NCBI GenBank assembly: GCA_964462205.1
Contig: CAYWWW010000001.1
Span: forward strand, 11,443 to 75,442
Direction: 5' to 3'
Origin: an uncultured Cardiobacteriales bacterium
Lineage (GTDB): Bacteria > Pseudomonadota > Gammaproteobacteria > CAYWWW01
DNA: 64,000 bases
A program made the position numbers and the translations under genes. Shown here in pieces: positions 49,109-57,618 of this stretch (position 1 is the stretch's first letter; each line of letters begins with the position of its first letter). The notes under the pieces were generated by a model, which had not been told where the DNA came from, searched no databases, and was given only the letters and a program-made list of their open reading frames with translations.

Positions 49109-49876
49109 TCAGCTTGGCGAAAGCGGCGACAAGCGGCGCAAGGATAGCAAGGCTTCCCGTTCTGCCGAAGTTAAATGTCGCCAACGGCCTGCTGGCAGGT
49201 CGCCAAGTGGGAGCGTCCCCATGCGCACCCGCCATAAATCCACCACCGTCAAACCCACTAAGCCACACATGCGACGAATTTGCCGATTTTTGCCTTCGGT
49301 CAGCACAAAACGTAGCTTTTGCGCCGCCTGCCGTTCCACCGTGGCGGCCTTGAGCGTTTGGCCATCCAGATGCAGGCCAAAACGCAAACGTGTCAATTTG
49401 TCCTCGGTTATTTTCCCAGTTACTTCAACAAGATATTCTTTTTCAACAACACTTTCAGTACCGATCAGCGCCTTGGCCAAACGGCCATCTTGACTGAATA
49501 ACAACAACCCCCGCGAATCCTCATCCAGCCGACCACAGACGGCCAGACCAGCTTGTTCAGCAGCGCTCAAGGCTTTTTGCGGCGTTGGCCAATGATTTTC
49601 GCCGGTCAAAAGCCGAATGGCCGGAATTTTGCCAAGCTCCGGTTGTGCCGAAACGATGCCGACGGGTTTATGCAGCAGGATGCTGACTTGCGAAGCATCG
49701 GAATGATTTTGCAAAACAATCTCGCAATCCCTTGAAAAAGTTGCCGCCACATTGCTTTCGCACTGGCCGTTGACCCACACCTGACCGGCACGAATATGGA
49801 CTTCGGCTTCGCGGCGCGAGCAAAGGCCGCGTTCACTCATGAGTTTGCTCAAACGAAACTTAGTTTTTTCGGACAT
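49109..49876 (-). CDS. rRNA pseudouridine synthase, RsuA/RluF family
   Basis: ATG at 49876. S4 domain (RLSKLMSERGLCSRREAE), catalytic GRLDEDSRGLLLFSQDG, and EGKNRQIRRM. Confidence 0.85.
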   Translation of the reverse strand: MSEKTKFRLSKLMSERGLCSRREAEVHIRAGQVWVNGQCESNVAATFSRDCEIVLQNHSDASQVSILLHKPVGIVSAQPELGKIPAIRLLTGENHWPTPQKALSAAEQAGLAVCGRLDEDSRGLLLFSQDGRLAKALIGTESVVEKEYLVEVTGKITEDKLTRLRFGLHLDGQTLKAATVERQAAQKLRFVLTEGKNRQIRRMCGLVGLTVVDLWRVRMGTLPLGDLPAGRWRHLTSAEREALLSLRRLSPLSPS

Positions 49877-50018
49877 GGTCGTTGCAAGCAAGGGTTAGCA
49901 TAGTAATTTTATTGATAAAAGTCATTTTTCTATTTTTGTTGACCAAAGACTTGCACTGCGCTTGATTAGCGCTAGATGAGAATTTTTATTTTTAACAGCA
50001 GGTTGTCAAGATTTTTCT

Positions 50019-50047
50019 TTGACAAGCTGGCCAAAAGTCTTTATGCT
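50019..50047 (+). promoter_or_regulatory. near-consensus sigma70-type promoter upstream of the HiPIP gene
   Basis: TTGACA (50019-50024), 17-nt spacer, TATGCT (50042-50047). The -35 is the right arm of the palindrome TTGTCAA-N9-TTGACAA (50003..50025). Confidence 0.5.
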
Positions 50048-50158
50048 GATTTTTGCTAATTTTGCGAAAAGCATTTTGGCATCCCGATGTTTTTTTAATA
50101 AAAATTTTCCGTATTTATTTTATAAATTAGCATTTTCTAATATCCAAGGAGTTAAACC

Positions 50159-50476
50159 ATGTCAGTAAGCAATCGTCGTCGTTTTATGCAGTTGTTGGGA
50201 ATGGGTTCGGTCGGTATTTTGGCCACCGTACAAACTGCCGCTTTAGCCGCTGAAAAATTAGATGAAATGGATCCAATGGCACAAGCTTTTGTCTATAAGC
50301 ACGATGCCAGCGACCCAGCCGTTACCAGCAACCCGGCTTTTGTTGCCGGTCGTAATTGCGCCAACTGTATGCTTTATGCTGGTAGCGAAAGCGATGAATG
50401 GGCACCTTGCTCGATTTTCCAAAACAAACTCGTCGCTGGCAAAGGCTGGTGTATGGTCTGGGCACCAAAAGGCTAA
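50159..50476 (+). CDS. hip: high-potential iron-sulfur protein (HiPIP) with Tat signal
   Basis: 105 aa. Twin-arginine signal SNRRRFMQLLG. Cys pattern C..C (NCANCMLY), C (APCSIF) and WC (GWCMVW). Confidence 0.9.
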   Translation: MSVSNRRRFMQLLGMGSVGILATVQTAALAAEKLDEMDPMAQAFVYKHDASDPAVTSNPAFVAGRNCANCMLYAGSESDEWAPCSIFQNKLVAGKGWCMVWAPKG

Positions 50477-50526
50477 CTTGCTGTTGTTTCAATAAATATT
50501 GCTGGAAATATTGCTGGCTAGACGTA

Positions 50527-50551
50527 AGCGCACCAAGGTGCGCTTTTTTTG
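50527..50551 (+). terminator. intrinsic terminator
   Basis: AGCGCAC-CAAG-GTGCGCT followed by TTTTTTT. Confidence 0.85.
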
Positions 50552-50552
50552 T

Positions 50553-51221
50553 TTATGGGTCGAGTCCTTGGTTGAGATGCTGGCAGTTATGAAACCACCA
50601 ATGTTCCGAGGCGATGATCTGCTCGGCCAGAAAATGATAGCCATAACTGCGCGGGTGCAAGCCATCGTGAAAGCGCACTTCGGCGAGATAGGCGGTGTTT
50701 TTGGTGGTGGCTTCGTAGAGCGAGATGTAGCGCAGCCGGTGCTTGCGTGCGAGTTGCTGAAAAATTTTATCGAGCGTCGCTAGATAATCGTTGAGGTCGC
50801 TGTCGGCGACGGCCGGCGGGCCGATCCACAGATGCGGATAGGCATTGAGCCGAACGATTTTCCAGATATTTTCAACATTTTGTAGCAAAGTCATCCGAAA
50901 GCGTTGTTCCAGAAAATCATTTTCGTTCGGCAAGGCGGCTAGGCTTTTGCGCTCCCGCACATGCGCCAAGACATCGGCTAGGCCAAAGGCAAAAATGATC
51001 CGTCCTTTGCTGTCGTTGTGCGCGGTACGGCGTTGAAATTCCTCCTGCCAGCGGCCAGCCAACGTCGTCAGCGTTTCGCCAACGACACCGAGGTTGTAGC
51101 CTTGCACTTTTTGACCGCTTAAAGTCGCCTGTTGCAAACAGTGGCCAACAAAGCCGCGGTGGTTGTCATCGCCAACGCCAGCCACTAAGGAATCGCCAAA
51201 AAAGCAAAGCTGAATAGACAT
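50553..51221 (-). CDS. SGNH/GDSL-family hydrolase
   Basis: 222 aa with block I FFGDSLVAGVGD and a C-terminal DGLHP (the catalytic D..H). Confidence 0.8.
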   Translation of the reverse strand: MSIQLCFFGDSLVAGVGDDNHRGFVGHCLQQATLSGQKVQGYNLGVVGETLTTLAGRWQEEFQRRTAHNDSKGRIIFAFGLADVLAHVRERKSLAALPNENDFLEQRFRMTLLQNVENIWKIVRLNAYPHLWIGPPAVADSDLNDYLATLDKIFQQLARKHRLRYISLYEATTKNTAYLAEVRFHDGLHPRSYGYHFLAEQIIASEHWWFHNCQHLNQGLDP

Positions 51222-51285
51222 CGTTGGCTTAAAGGTTGGCTGGTGGGTAAGCGCTGCGTTTTCGGCGGAAATTACCTAAAAACAT

Positions 51286-51771
51286 CTACTTTTTGCCGGG
51301 GCTATAAAGGTAATCGTTGTAAGTCGCTACATCGCGGCTTAATTTGCGAAATAACTGATCAAGGCTTGTAATCGCGCATTCCAATAAATTCACCACAAAA
51401 TACGGATGTTCGACGCGCATCCTATCGTAGCGAGCGCGGCTTAAACGCAAAAGACAGGTGTTTTCGCTGACCGCTGCCAGCCGCACCTGCCGTGGAATAC
51501 GGTCAAAAAACGACATTTCGCCAACCAAATCGCCTTCGCTACTGCTGCCGATTTCTAAACTTTCCTGACCTTGATCCTGATACAAAGCCGTCCGACCGGA
51601 AATCACGATGTACATGGCTTCATGAATTTCGCCGATTTTGGCGATGGTGGTGTTTTTGGGATAGCAAACCTGTTCCAAGTAATTCAAATAAATCGAAATT
51701 TCTTTTTCGGTTAAGGATGCAAATGGACAAAACTTTTGTAATTTCTGAATTAAATCTTCATCGCTAAACAT
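51286..51771 (-). CDS. cyclic nucleotide-binding domain protein
   Basis: 161 aa. cNMP-binding beta-roll with GDLVGEMSFF...R...A. Confidence 0.75.
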   Translation of the reverse strand: MFSDEDLIQKLQKFCPFASLTEKEISIYLNYLEQVCYPKNTTIAKIGEIHEAMYIVISGRTALYQDQGQESLEIGSSSEGDLVGEMSFFDRIPRQVRLAAVSENTCLLRLSRARYDRMRVEHPYFVVNLLECAITSLDQLFRKLSRDVATYNDYLYSPGKK

Positions 51772-51815
51772 CGGGATGCTCCAAAAATATAGAAGAAAAA
51801 AGTGCAGGTGAAAAA

Positions 51816-52721
51816 TTAACTTCCCAAGCGCAAAGACAGGTCTAAGGCTTTGAGATGCTTGGTGATGCTGCCGCTGGAGACATAATCCACACCGCTTTCG
51901 GCAAACAGCGGGAGGTTCTCCAGGGTGATATTGCCTGAGGCTTCCAATAAACAGCGGCCTTGCGTCAGCGCCACGGCCTTTTTTAGGCCAGCCAAATCAA
52001 AGTTATCAAGTAAAATCCGAAAAGGCGAAAGCGTTAAAGCCAGTTGTAATTGTTCAAGATTTTCCACCTCAATGACGATAGGCGTGTCTGGAAAACGCTG
52101 CCGTGCCGCGGCAACCAGTGCCGTCATCTCCTGCTCGGCCAGATGGTTTTCCTTCAATAAAATCATGTCATATAAACCAAAACGGTGATTTTCGCCACCG
52201 CCACAGCGTACCGCGTATTTTTGCGCCAAACGCAGTCCAGGCAAAGTTTTGCGCGTGTCCAACAGCCGACAGCGGCTTTTAGCTAAAGCCGCTACCAAAC
52301 TTGCTGTCGCGGTGGCGGTGCCGGCTAAGGTTTGCAAAAAATTCAAAGCCGTGCGCTCGGCGGTCACTAAGGCTGCTTGTGAACCTTCAATGGTACATAA
52401 ATAACTATTAGCATTGAACTTTTCCCCGTCAGCATAATGCCAAGTGCAGATGCTATTGGCAGCCACGGCTTGAAAAGCCGCTTGACACCAAGCGGCACCG
52501 GCCAAAACGCCAGCTTCCCGCGCCAAAATTTTTCCTATGCCTCTGCCTTGCTTGAGTAAAGCGCTGCTTTTATCGCCATCGCCGAGGTCTTCGGCCAGCG
52601 CTAGGCGGACATTGTCGCCGACGGCGGCAGCAAACCGCGCATATTCCGCCGCAGTTAAAGTCGGCAGCCACGGCAAAGGGATATTCGCAGCTTCAGTGGC
52701 TGGCATTTCACCGCCCGACAT
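51816..52721 (-). CDS. nadC: nicotinate-nucleotide pyrophosphorylase (carboxylating)
   Basis: 301 aa with LAEDLG.GD, TRKT.PGLR, HR.GLYD and ILLDNF. Its ATG overlaps the folB stop as TGATG. Confidence 0.9.
   Translation of the reverse strand: MSGGEMPATEAANIPLPWLPTLTAAEYARFAAAVGDNVRLALAEDLGDGDKSSALLKQGRGIGKILAREAGVLAGAAWCQAAFQAVAANSICTWHYADGEKFNANSYLCTIEGSQAALVTAERTALNFLQTLAGTATATASLVAALAKSRCRLLDTRKTLPGLRLAQKYAVRCGGGENHRFGLYDMILLKENHLAEQEMTALVAAARQRFPDTPIVIEVENLEQLQLALTLSPFRILLDNFDLAGLKKAVALTQGRCLLEASGNITLENLPLFAESGVDYVSSGSITKHLKALDLSLRLGS
52537..52550 (+). repeat. copy 4 of over-represented 14-mer
   Basis: aaatttttcctATGCCTCTGCCTTGcttg, inside nadC (- gene), read as Q-G-R-G-I. Confidence 0.95.
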
Positions 52722-53080
52722 CAGGTGGCTGCGCCTGCAAAGTGATAATGTGCGACCAGTGCGACTTTTCGCGCTTGCCGCAAGGCAAAGGGTTTCTCGA
52801 TACGCAAATAAAGCGACGATAAAGCAAATTCTTGCTGCAAAAACTTAGCGACATCCCGATGCAGCGTTTCCAATAATTGCCAGGACTGACCGGCAACAAA
52901 TTGTTCAAGCGCTGTTGCCATTGCCGCATAATCAAGCGTCGTCGCCAAGTCATCTTCTGCGCCAGCGCCATTTGGACAGGGATAGGTGATGTCGAATAAC
53001 AACTGCTGCACAATCGCCTGCTCCCAGGGATGCACGCCAATGCGCACACCGACTGCCAAACCTTCTATCTGAATTTCCAT
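52721..53080 (-). CDS. folB: dihydroneopterin aldolase
   Basis: 119 aa following the FolB pattern: IGVHPWEQ...LLFDITY...[11 protein letters not shown]...LLETL...EKP. Confidence 0.8.
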   Translation of the reverse strand: MEIQIEGLAVGVRIGVHPWEQAIVQQLLFDITYPCPNGAGAEDDLATTLDYAAMATALEQFVAGQSWQLLETLHRDVAKFLQQEFALSSLYLRIEKPFALRQARKVALVAHYHFAGAAT

Positions 53081-53181
53081 CGCTTCTTTCCTTGCTGCTG
53101 AATCTTGGTTATCTGGATTGTGATTTTTTGAAATCTCTTTATAATGCGCCGCTTTGCATTATTTGCCTTCGGAGGAGTCTT

Positions 53182-53418
53182 ATGTCCCGCGTCTGTCAGG
53201 TGACTGGTAAACGGCCTATGGTAGGCCACCGCGTTTCGCATTCTAACATCAAAACCAAACGTCGCTATTTGCCCAATTTGCATTACAAACGCTTCTGGGT
53301 GCCGTCGGAAAATCGCTTTGTCCGCTTACGCATTTCCGCCGCTGGTATTCGTTTGGTGGATAAAATCGGCATTGATGCGGTTTTGGCCGATTTACGCGCC
53401 CGTGGCGAAATCGCTTAA
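53182..53418 (+). CDS. rpmB: 50S ribosomal protein L28
   Basis: 78 aa from the ATG at 53182, with GGAGGAG upstream. N-terminus [22 protein letters not shown]. Confidence 0.95.
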   Translation: MSRVCQVTGKRPMVGHRVSHSNIKTKRRYLPNLHYKRFWVPSENRFVRLRISAAGIRLVDKIGIDAVLADLRARGEIA

Positions 53419-53458
53419 TTTTAACTGATTCATTATTAAAATTTTTTAGGGAATTCCC

Positions 53459-53614
53459 ATGCGTGAAAAAATTCGTTTAATTTCCACTGCTGATACCGGT
53501 CATTTTTATACGACCAAAAAAAACAAGCGCAACACGCCTGATAAATTACAGATCAAAAAATATGATCCCGTGGCGCGTAAGCATGTCATTTATAAAGAAG
53601 CTAAAATCAAATAA
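53459..53614 (+). CDS. rpmG: 50S ribosomal protein L33
   Basis: Not in the ORF track because it is under 60 aa. Hand translation gives [51 protein letters not shown]. Sits directly after rpmB, as usual. Confidence 0.9.
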   Translation: MREKIRLISTADTGHFYTTKKNKRNTPDKLQIKKYDPVARKHVIYKEAKIK

Positions 53615-53638
53615 GTTTTTTTACTTCCGAATGCCTGC

Positions 53639-53688
53639 CGCTGGTGCGCGTTTGCCAGTGTCTCTTGCGGCCGCGCCAGCGATTTTTT
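53639..53688 (+). terminator. probable rpmBG terminator
   Basis: CGCTGGTGCG ... CGCGCCAGCG, a 10-bp stem with one G-U pair and a long loop, followed by ATTTTTT. Confidence 0.45.
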
Positions 53689-53701
53689 ATGGCAGGCGGC
53701 G

Positions 53702-54757
53702 ATGAAGCGCCTTTTTAGCAAACGCCAAAGTGCCAATTTTCAGAAATTAAGCCAAGACCGTGCCAAAGCTGCGGCGCTTGGCCGACTTGTCACCCGCAGC
53801 GGCAAACAATTTGTGGTTGCATTGCCAGAACCCGCGGCGCTAACCGCCGCCGAAACTCCCCCACAAGTCCTTCAGCCAGCCTGGAAACCCTATCCCGCCG
53901 CGCCAAAGCTCGGTGCTTTGGTCGCCGGCGATTGGGTGCAGGTGTGCGAAGACAGAATTATCAACTACTTACCGCGAAAAAATTTTCTGCAACGGCAAAC
54001 GCCGCATGGCGATGTCAAAGGCGTGGTGGCCAACATTGATCAACTGCTGATTATTCAAGCGGTAGCGCCAGCACCGCAGTTTTTACTGTTGGAACGCTAT
54101 CTCTGGGCAGCGGCGCTTTTAGACCTGCCGGCGATGATTTTGCTCAATAAAAGCGACTTGCTGCCAGAAAATAGTCCTGAAACCCCAGATTTTTGGCGGC
54201 ATTGGGATGCTGAATTTCCGCAGCGTCCGCAGCTTTTGTCCTGCCAGCATCCCGCTGCGCTCTCGGGCGAGGCTTTTGACTGGCCTGCGCTTATGGCGCA
54301 GTTAGCAGGCAAAGTGAGTGTCTTGGTCGGCGCATCGGGTGTTGGAAAATCATCTATTATTCAAAAACTTATTCCAGATGCCGCTATTCGCATCGGCGCG
54401 CTATCGGCACTCACTGCCAAAGGTCAACATACTACCCGCGCCGCTACCTTTTATGCCTTACCGCTGCCAGAAAGCGCCATCATTGACCTGCCGGGGGTGA
54501 ACGATTTTTTACCCTGGCCGCGTAGTGAAAATGGCTTGGCCGTGGTCTATCCTGAAATTTTTCAAGCCGCCGCTGACTGTCGTTTCCGCGACTGTCAACA
54601 TCAGCCAACCGACCGCGACTGTGCGGTGCAAGCAGCGGTGCGCTCTGGTGAAATTTTGTCGGCCAGGCTGGCGCGTTATCAGGAATTACAAGCGCAAGCA
54701 CAGTTGCCACTGGCCGGCAAAACGGCGCTCGCCAGCTTTTCCGAGGCCGAGCGCTAA
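53702..54757 (+). CDS. rsgA: ribosome small-subunit-dependent GTPase A
   Basis: 351 aa. Circularly permuted GTPase motifs VANIDQLLII, LLNKSDL and GASGVGKSS, plus the zinc knuckle CRFRDCQH...C. Confidence 0.9.
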   Translation: MKRLFSKRQSANFQKLSQDRAKAAALGRLVTRSGKQFVVALPEPAALTAAETPPQVLQPAWKPYPAAPKLGALVAGDWVQVCEDRIINYLPRKNFLQRQTPHGDVKGVVANIDQLLIIQAVAPAPQFLLLERYLWAAALLDLPAMILLNKSDLLPENSPETPDFWRHWDAEFPQRPQLLSCQHPAALSGEAFDWPALMAQLAGKVSVLVGASGVGKSSIIQKLIPDAAIRIGALSALTAKGQHTTRAATFYALPLPESAIIDLPGVNDFLPWPRSENGLAVVYPEIFQAAADCRFRDCQHQPTDRDCAVQAAVRSGEILSARLARYQELQAQAQLPLAGKTALASFSEAER

Positions 54758-54758
54758 G

Positions 54759-55097
54759 ATGTATAAACGTGCGCTGCGCTTGCAACTGTTGGCGACTTCG
54801 CCTGGGTTGTTGCGGCGAAGCTATCGGCTTTTATTACAGGAATTCCAATGCTTTTGCCGCCTTTTGCCGCCGTTGTTGTTGCGCGAAGCCAGCGGCGAAT
54901 TGCCGGAAGCTGATCTTTATATCGCCTTGGATCATGGGGTCTTGGCCTGGCTGCCGCCGCTGAAGCAACCCGTGCGCGTCTGGTCGGACATCCCAATGCC
55001 AGAGGGCGAGCAGCAGGTGTGGCTGTCGGCAAAGTTCCAGGGCATCATCGGCGGTTTGCGGCTGCTGCATCGTCTTAAAAATGAGGAAAATCAATAA
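54759..55097 (+). CDS. hypothetical protein (112 aa)
   Basis: The ATG lies 1 nt after the rsgA stop. The longer ORF 54525..55097 overlaps rsgA and was trimmed. No motif recognised. Confidence 0.4.
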   Translation: MYKRALRLQLLATSPGLLRRSYRLLLQEFQCFCRLLPPLLLREASGELPEADLYIALDHGVLAWLPPLKQPVRVWSDIPMPEGEQQVWLSAKFQGIIGGLRLLHRLKNEENQ

Positions 55098-55100
55098 ACT

Positions 55101-55511
55101 ATGTCTTGTTCTTCCCTACAGTTGCAAAAGCTCGTTCAGCATTTGCAATGCCTGCTGCCCGCGTCTTTACGCACACAGGTAGCGGTTGCGGCTTTGACCG
55201 CTAAATGGCCAGATTTGCCAGAAGATTATGTTTTTATTATGGAGCATTTAGGTTCTGGCGATTATTTGGAGGACAGTTGGTATTTTTACCCCGAACCGTA
55301 TCCGCCAGCGCGTATTCCCCAAGCCAAACAAAAAGTTGCGGCTTTAGCAGGTTTTTATTTGATTGCCGAAGATCAAGACGGTTGGTATTTAGGCTATGAC
55401 AGCCGGCTGCGCCCTTGGCGATTTTGTGAATTTGATGCGGCGTTTCAGCCAGTTTTTCATGAAAAAAGCAAAAGTTTATGCGATTTCCTGAGCCGCGAGT
55501 TTGACCTGTAA
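55101..55511 (+). CDS. hypothetical protein, SMI1/KNR4 (SUKH)-like
   Basis: 136 aa. LPEDYVFIMEHLGSG followed by an aromatic-rich beta region (FYLIAEDQDGWYLGYD) resembles SUKH-1 domains. Assignment is tentative. Confidence 0.4.
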   Translation: MSCSSLQLQKLVQHLQCLLPASLRTQVAVAALTAKWPDLPEDYVFIMEHLGSGDYLEDSWYFYPEPYPPARIPQAKQKVAALAGFYLIAEDQDGWYLGYDSRLRPWRFCEFDAAFQPVFHEKSKSLCDFLSREFDL

Positions 55512-55590
55512 TTTTTTTCAAATGCTTCATTATCTTCGGCAAGCAAGCATCACCAACACGGCTTGGACGAAGGCTGCCGAGCACTTTTTT

Positions 55591-55604
55591 ATGCCTCTGT
55601 CTTG
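55591..55604 (+). repeat. copy 5 of over-represented 14-mer
   Basis: cacttttttATGCCTCTGTCTTGaaaaa, in the intergenic spacer between the SUKH-like and CHAD genes. Confidence 0.95.
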
Positions 55605-55690
55605 AAAAATGTCCGCCGTTGCACTGCTGCTGTGTCACCTGGGTTTTGGCCTGGGTTTTTTGGTCTTAGGTTTTTTTGCTAGGCGCTGCC

Positions 55691-56518
55691 TTAATTTTCC
55701 TCGCTTGCCGATGTTTGGAACTGACCGATAAAGGCTTCGCTGTGCGCCTGATAAAGCGCTTGTCCAGCGGCAAAAGCCAAGTGCAGCAGCGGCGCTTGCG
55801 CTTCGGCACAGGCGGCGTGTTTTTCGGGATAGTGCTGGGCAAATAGCGCCAAGTCATGGATTTCGCCTAAGGTATCGGCCAGCGTATTTAATTCATTGAA
55901 AATAATTAAAAAATTATGCTGATGGCTGGCGTAAGGTTCCATAATTTCCAAAGCATTCCCCAGATATTTCACCTGTTTGCGCCAGGCATGGAGATTTTCA
56001 CTCTGCGCGCCTTTTTCCTGATAGTCGCCTTGCGCACAGGACGCATAGCTTTCTTGGCCTTTGCGATAGAGTTGTTCAACGCCTTGCCAAAGTTGCAGTT
56101 CGGAAAACTCCCAGGCCGGATAGCGTTGTAGCCGTTTATAACCATGCTCCAGTCGTCGGGTTATCATGTTAAAAATCAACGGGTTGACCTCGACAGTGCT
56201 GGCCAAAGGCACAGTAAAACGCCGGCGCAAGTCTTGCTGCACCGCTTCATCGCGTAAGCCGGAGAGACCATGATGAATATCGCGAAAGTGACTATCTTCT
56301 TTTTTGAAAACTTTTTTCCCCAGTGGTCGCCGCAATAAACGCAACAACGCACGAATTTTTTTCAGATGCCGGCGTGCGGCGTGGATGCTTTCGGCTTTCG
56401 GTTCCTGCAATAACAACAGCATGTCGCTGATATGCGACAGCAAAAGACCGCGCAAGCGAAAACCGATGGCTTTTGCCGAAGGTTTCGGTGCATGGCTTGA
56501 AAAGATCAGTGCTTGCAT
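55691..56518 (-). CDS. CHAD domain protein
   Basis: 275 aa with repeated basic helices, including IHAARRHLKKIRALLRLLR and HAWRKQVKYLGNALE, typical of CHAD. Confidence 0.75.
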   Translation of the reverse strand: MQALIFSSHAPKPSAKAIGFRLRGLLLSHISDMLLLLQEPKAESIHAARRHLKKIRALLRLLRRPLGKKVFKKEDSHFRDIHHGLSGLRDEAVQQDLRRRFTVPLASTVEVNPLIFNMITRRLEHGYKRLQRYPAWEFSELQLWQGVEQLYRKGQESYASCAQGDYQEKGAQSENLHAWRKQVKYLGNALEIMEPYASHQHNFLIIFNELNTLADTLGEIHDLALFAQHYPEKHAACAEAQAPLLHLAFAAGQALYQAHSEAFIGQFQTSASEEN

Positions 56519-56698
56519 AAAATTTTACCCGCCAACTAAAAATTTAGTTCAGCATGTTACAACTTTGTCATAATTCACTAAAGTGCCAGCACAGACTTTG
56601 TCGCCAAAATAAGGCAACTTTTTTCGGTCAGTGCCAAAAAAGTGCGACTGACTGCGCGCTTGCAAAGCATGGCCGCCTCGCCGACGACCTGGGTTGCG

Positions 56699-57205
56699 TC
56701 AGTGGCCAAGCCAATAGGCGAAAAATGCTTGCGGATGCAGCACGGCATACTTTTGACTGTGGATGCTGACTTCGCCTAAGCAGAATTTCTGATAACTTTC
56801 AAAAGTAAGGAATGAAAAAGCTGCTTGCCAAGCTGGTAATAGGTGCGTCACCGGTGCAAGGGCTTCCGGCGGAAAAGTGGCTTTTTCCGGCAAGCTCGGC
56901 AAGCCCAGGCTGACCACTTCGGCCTCATGCGGCAGCAGCGCAAAAAAGCGCACCTGTGCGGCATTGGGATGCAGCACCACAAGCCAACGTCCGCGCCACC
57001 ACTGCAAGCCCAACTGTAATTTTTCCTGGCCTGCCATTGCTGTTGAAGGCATGGCTGTCGAGGCTATGGCGGTTTCTGCTATTTCAGGCGGTGGGACGGG
57101 TAAGGGATAAATCGGCAAATTTTGTTCAATTTGCAGCAAATACTTGCCCGGTAAGAGAAATGACAAGTCAGCATCCAGATGACAATGCCAAGCGCTCAAT
57201 GACAT
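56699..57205 (-). CDS. hypothetical protein, possibly a divergent CheW-like adaptor
   Basis: 168 aa. Overlaps the upstream ORF by 10 nt. LPVPPPEIA...LGLQWWRGRWLVVLH resembles the vP.aP..v.G..n.RG..v.v segment of CheW domains. Confidence 0.35.
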   Translation of the reverse strand: MSLSAWHCHLDADLSFLLPGKYLLQIEQNLPIYPLPVPPPEIAETAIASTAMPSTAMAGQEKLQLGLQWWRGRWLVVLHPNAAQVRFFALLPHEAEVVSLGLPSLPEKATFPPEALAPVTHLLPAWQAAFSFLTFESYQKFCLGEVSIHSQKYAVLHPQAFFAYWLGH

Positions 57206-57561
57206 AACGCCTCCAAAAGCGCTAAGTCAAGGCGGTAAAACAAGTGCTTGTCGGTCAGTAACGCCTGCCGACACGGTAGCCACGGTTGCGCCAATAGGCT
57301 CGGCAAAGCGGGTAGCTGGTCTGGTAACTCCCATTGTCCGACCCCTGGACTGGCTAAAATCAAACCTATGCGCGTGTAAATAAACTGCTTGTCCTCGGCA
57401 CGGGCATCGGGATGTACGCCGGCATCGAGATGCCACGGCCTGCGGCGCGGTGGCTGCGTCTGAATGCTGACAATCTCGCTGCTGGCCAAAAGCCACAGAC
57501 AGTTTTTTGCCGGGGAGTTTTTTTCAGAGCAACTTTTTTCGGGAAGGCCAAGGTATTGCAT
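57196..57561 (-). CDS. hypothetical protein, possibly a divergent CheW-like adaptor
   Basis: 121 aa, directly downstream of the CheA-like gene. LWLLASSEIVSIQ and LPSLLAQPWLPCRQALLTDKHLFYRLDLALL loosely resemble a CheW domain. Confidence 0.35.
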   Translation of the reverse strand: MQYLGLPEKSCSEKNSPAKNCLWLLASSEIVSIQTQPPRRRPWHLDAGVHPDARAEDKQFIYTRIGLILASPGVGQWELPDQLPALPSLLAQPWLPCRQALLTDKHLFYRLDLALLEALCH

Positions 57562-57618
57562 AAATCGGCTCTTGGATGGGGTTTTTGGCCAGCAGGTGTC
57601 AAGTTCACAGCCAAGCGT

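Noticed and set aside
54851-54870. Tandem direct repeat CTTTTGCCGC x2.
   Set aside because: There are only two 10-nt units, inside a coding region. That is too short to call a repeat element.
55640-55680. Three imperfect tandem T-tract units (CCTGGGTTTTGG / CCTGGGTTTTTTGG / TCTTAGGTTTTTTTGC) downstream of the CHAD gene, considered as a phased bend or terminator.
   Set aside because: The spacing of 12 and 15 nt is not helically phased. No stable hairpin precedes the T-runs on either strand.
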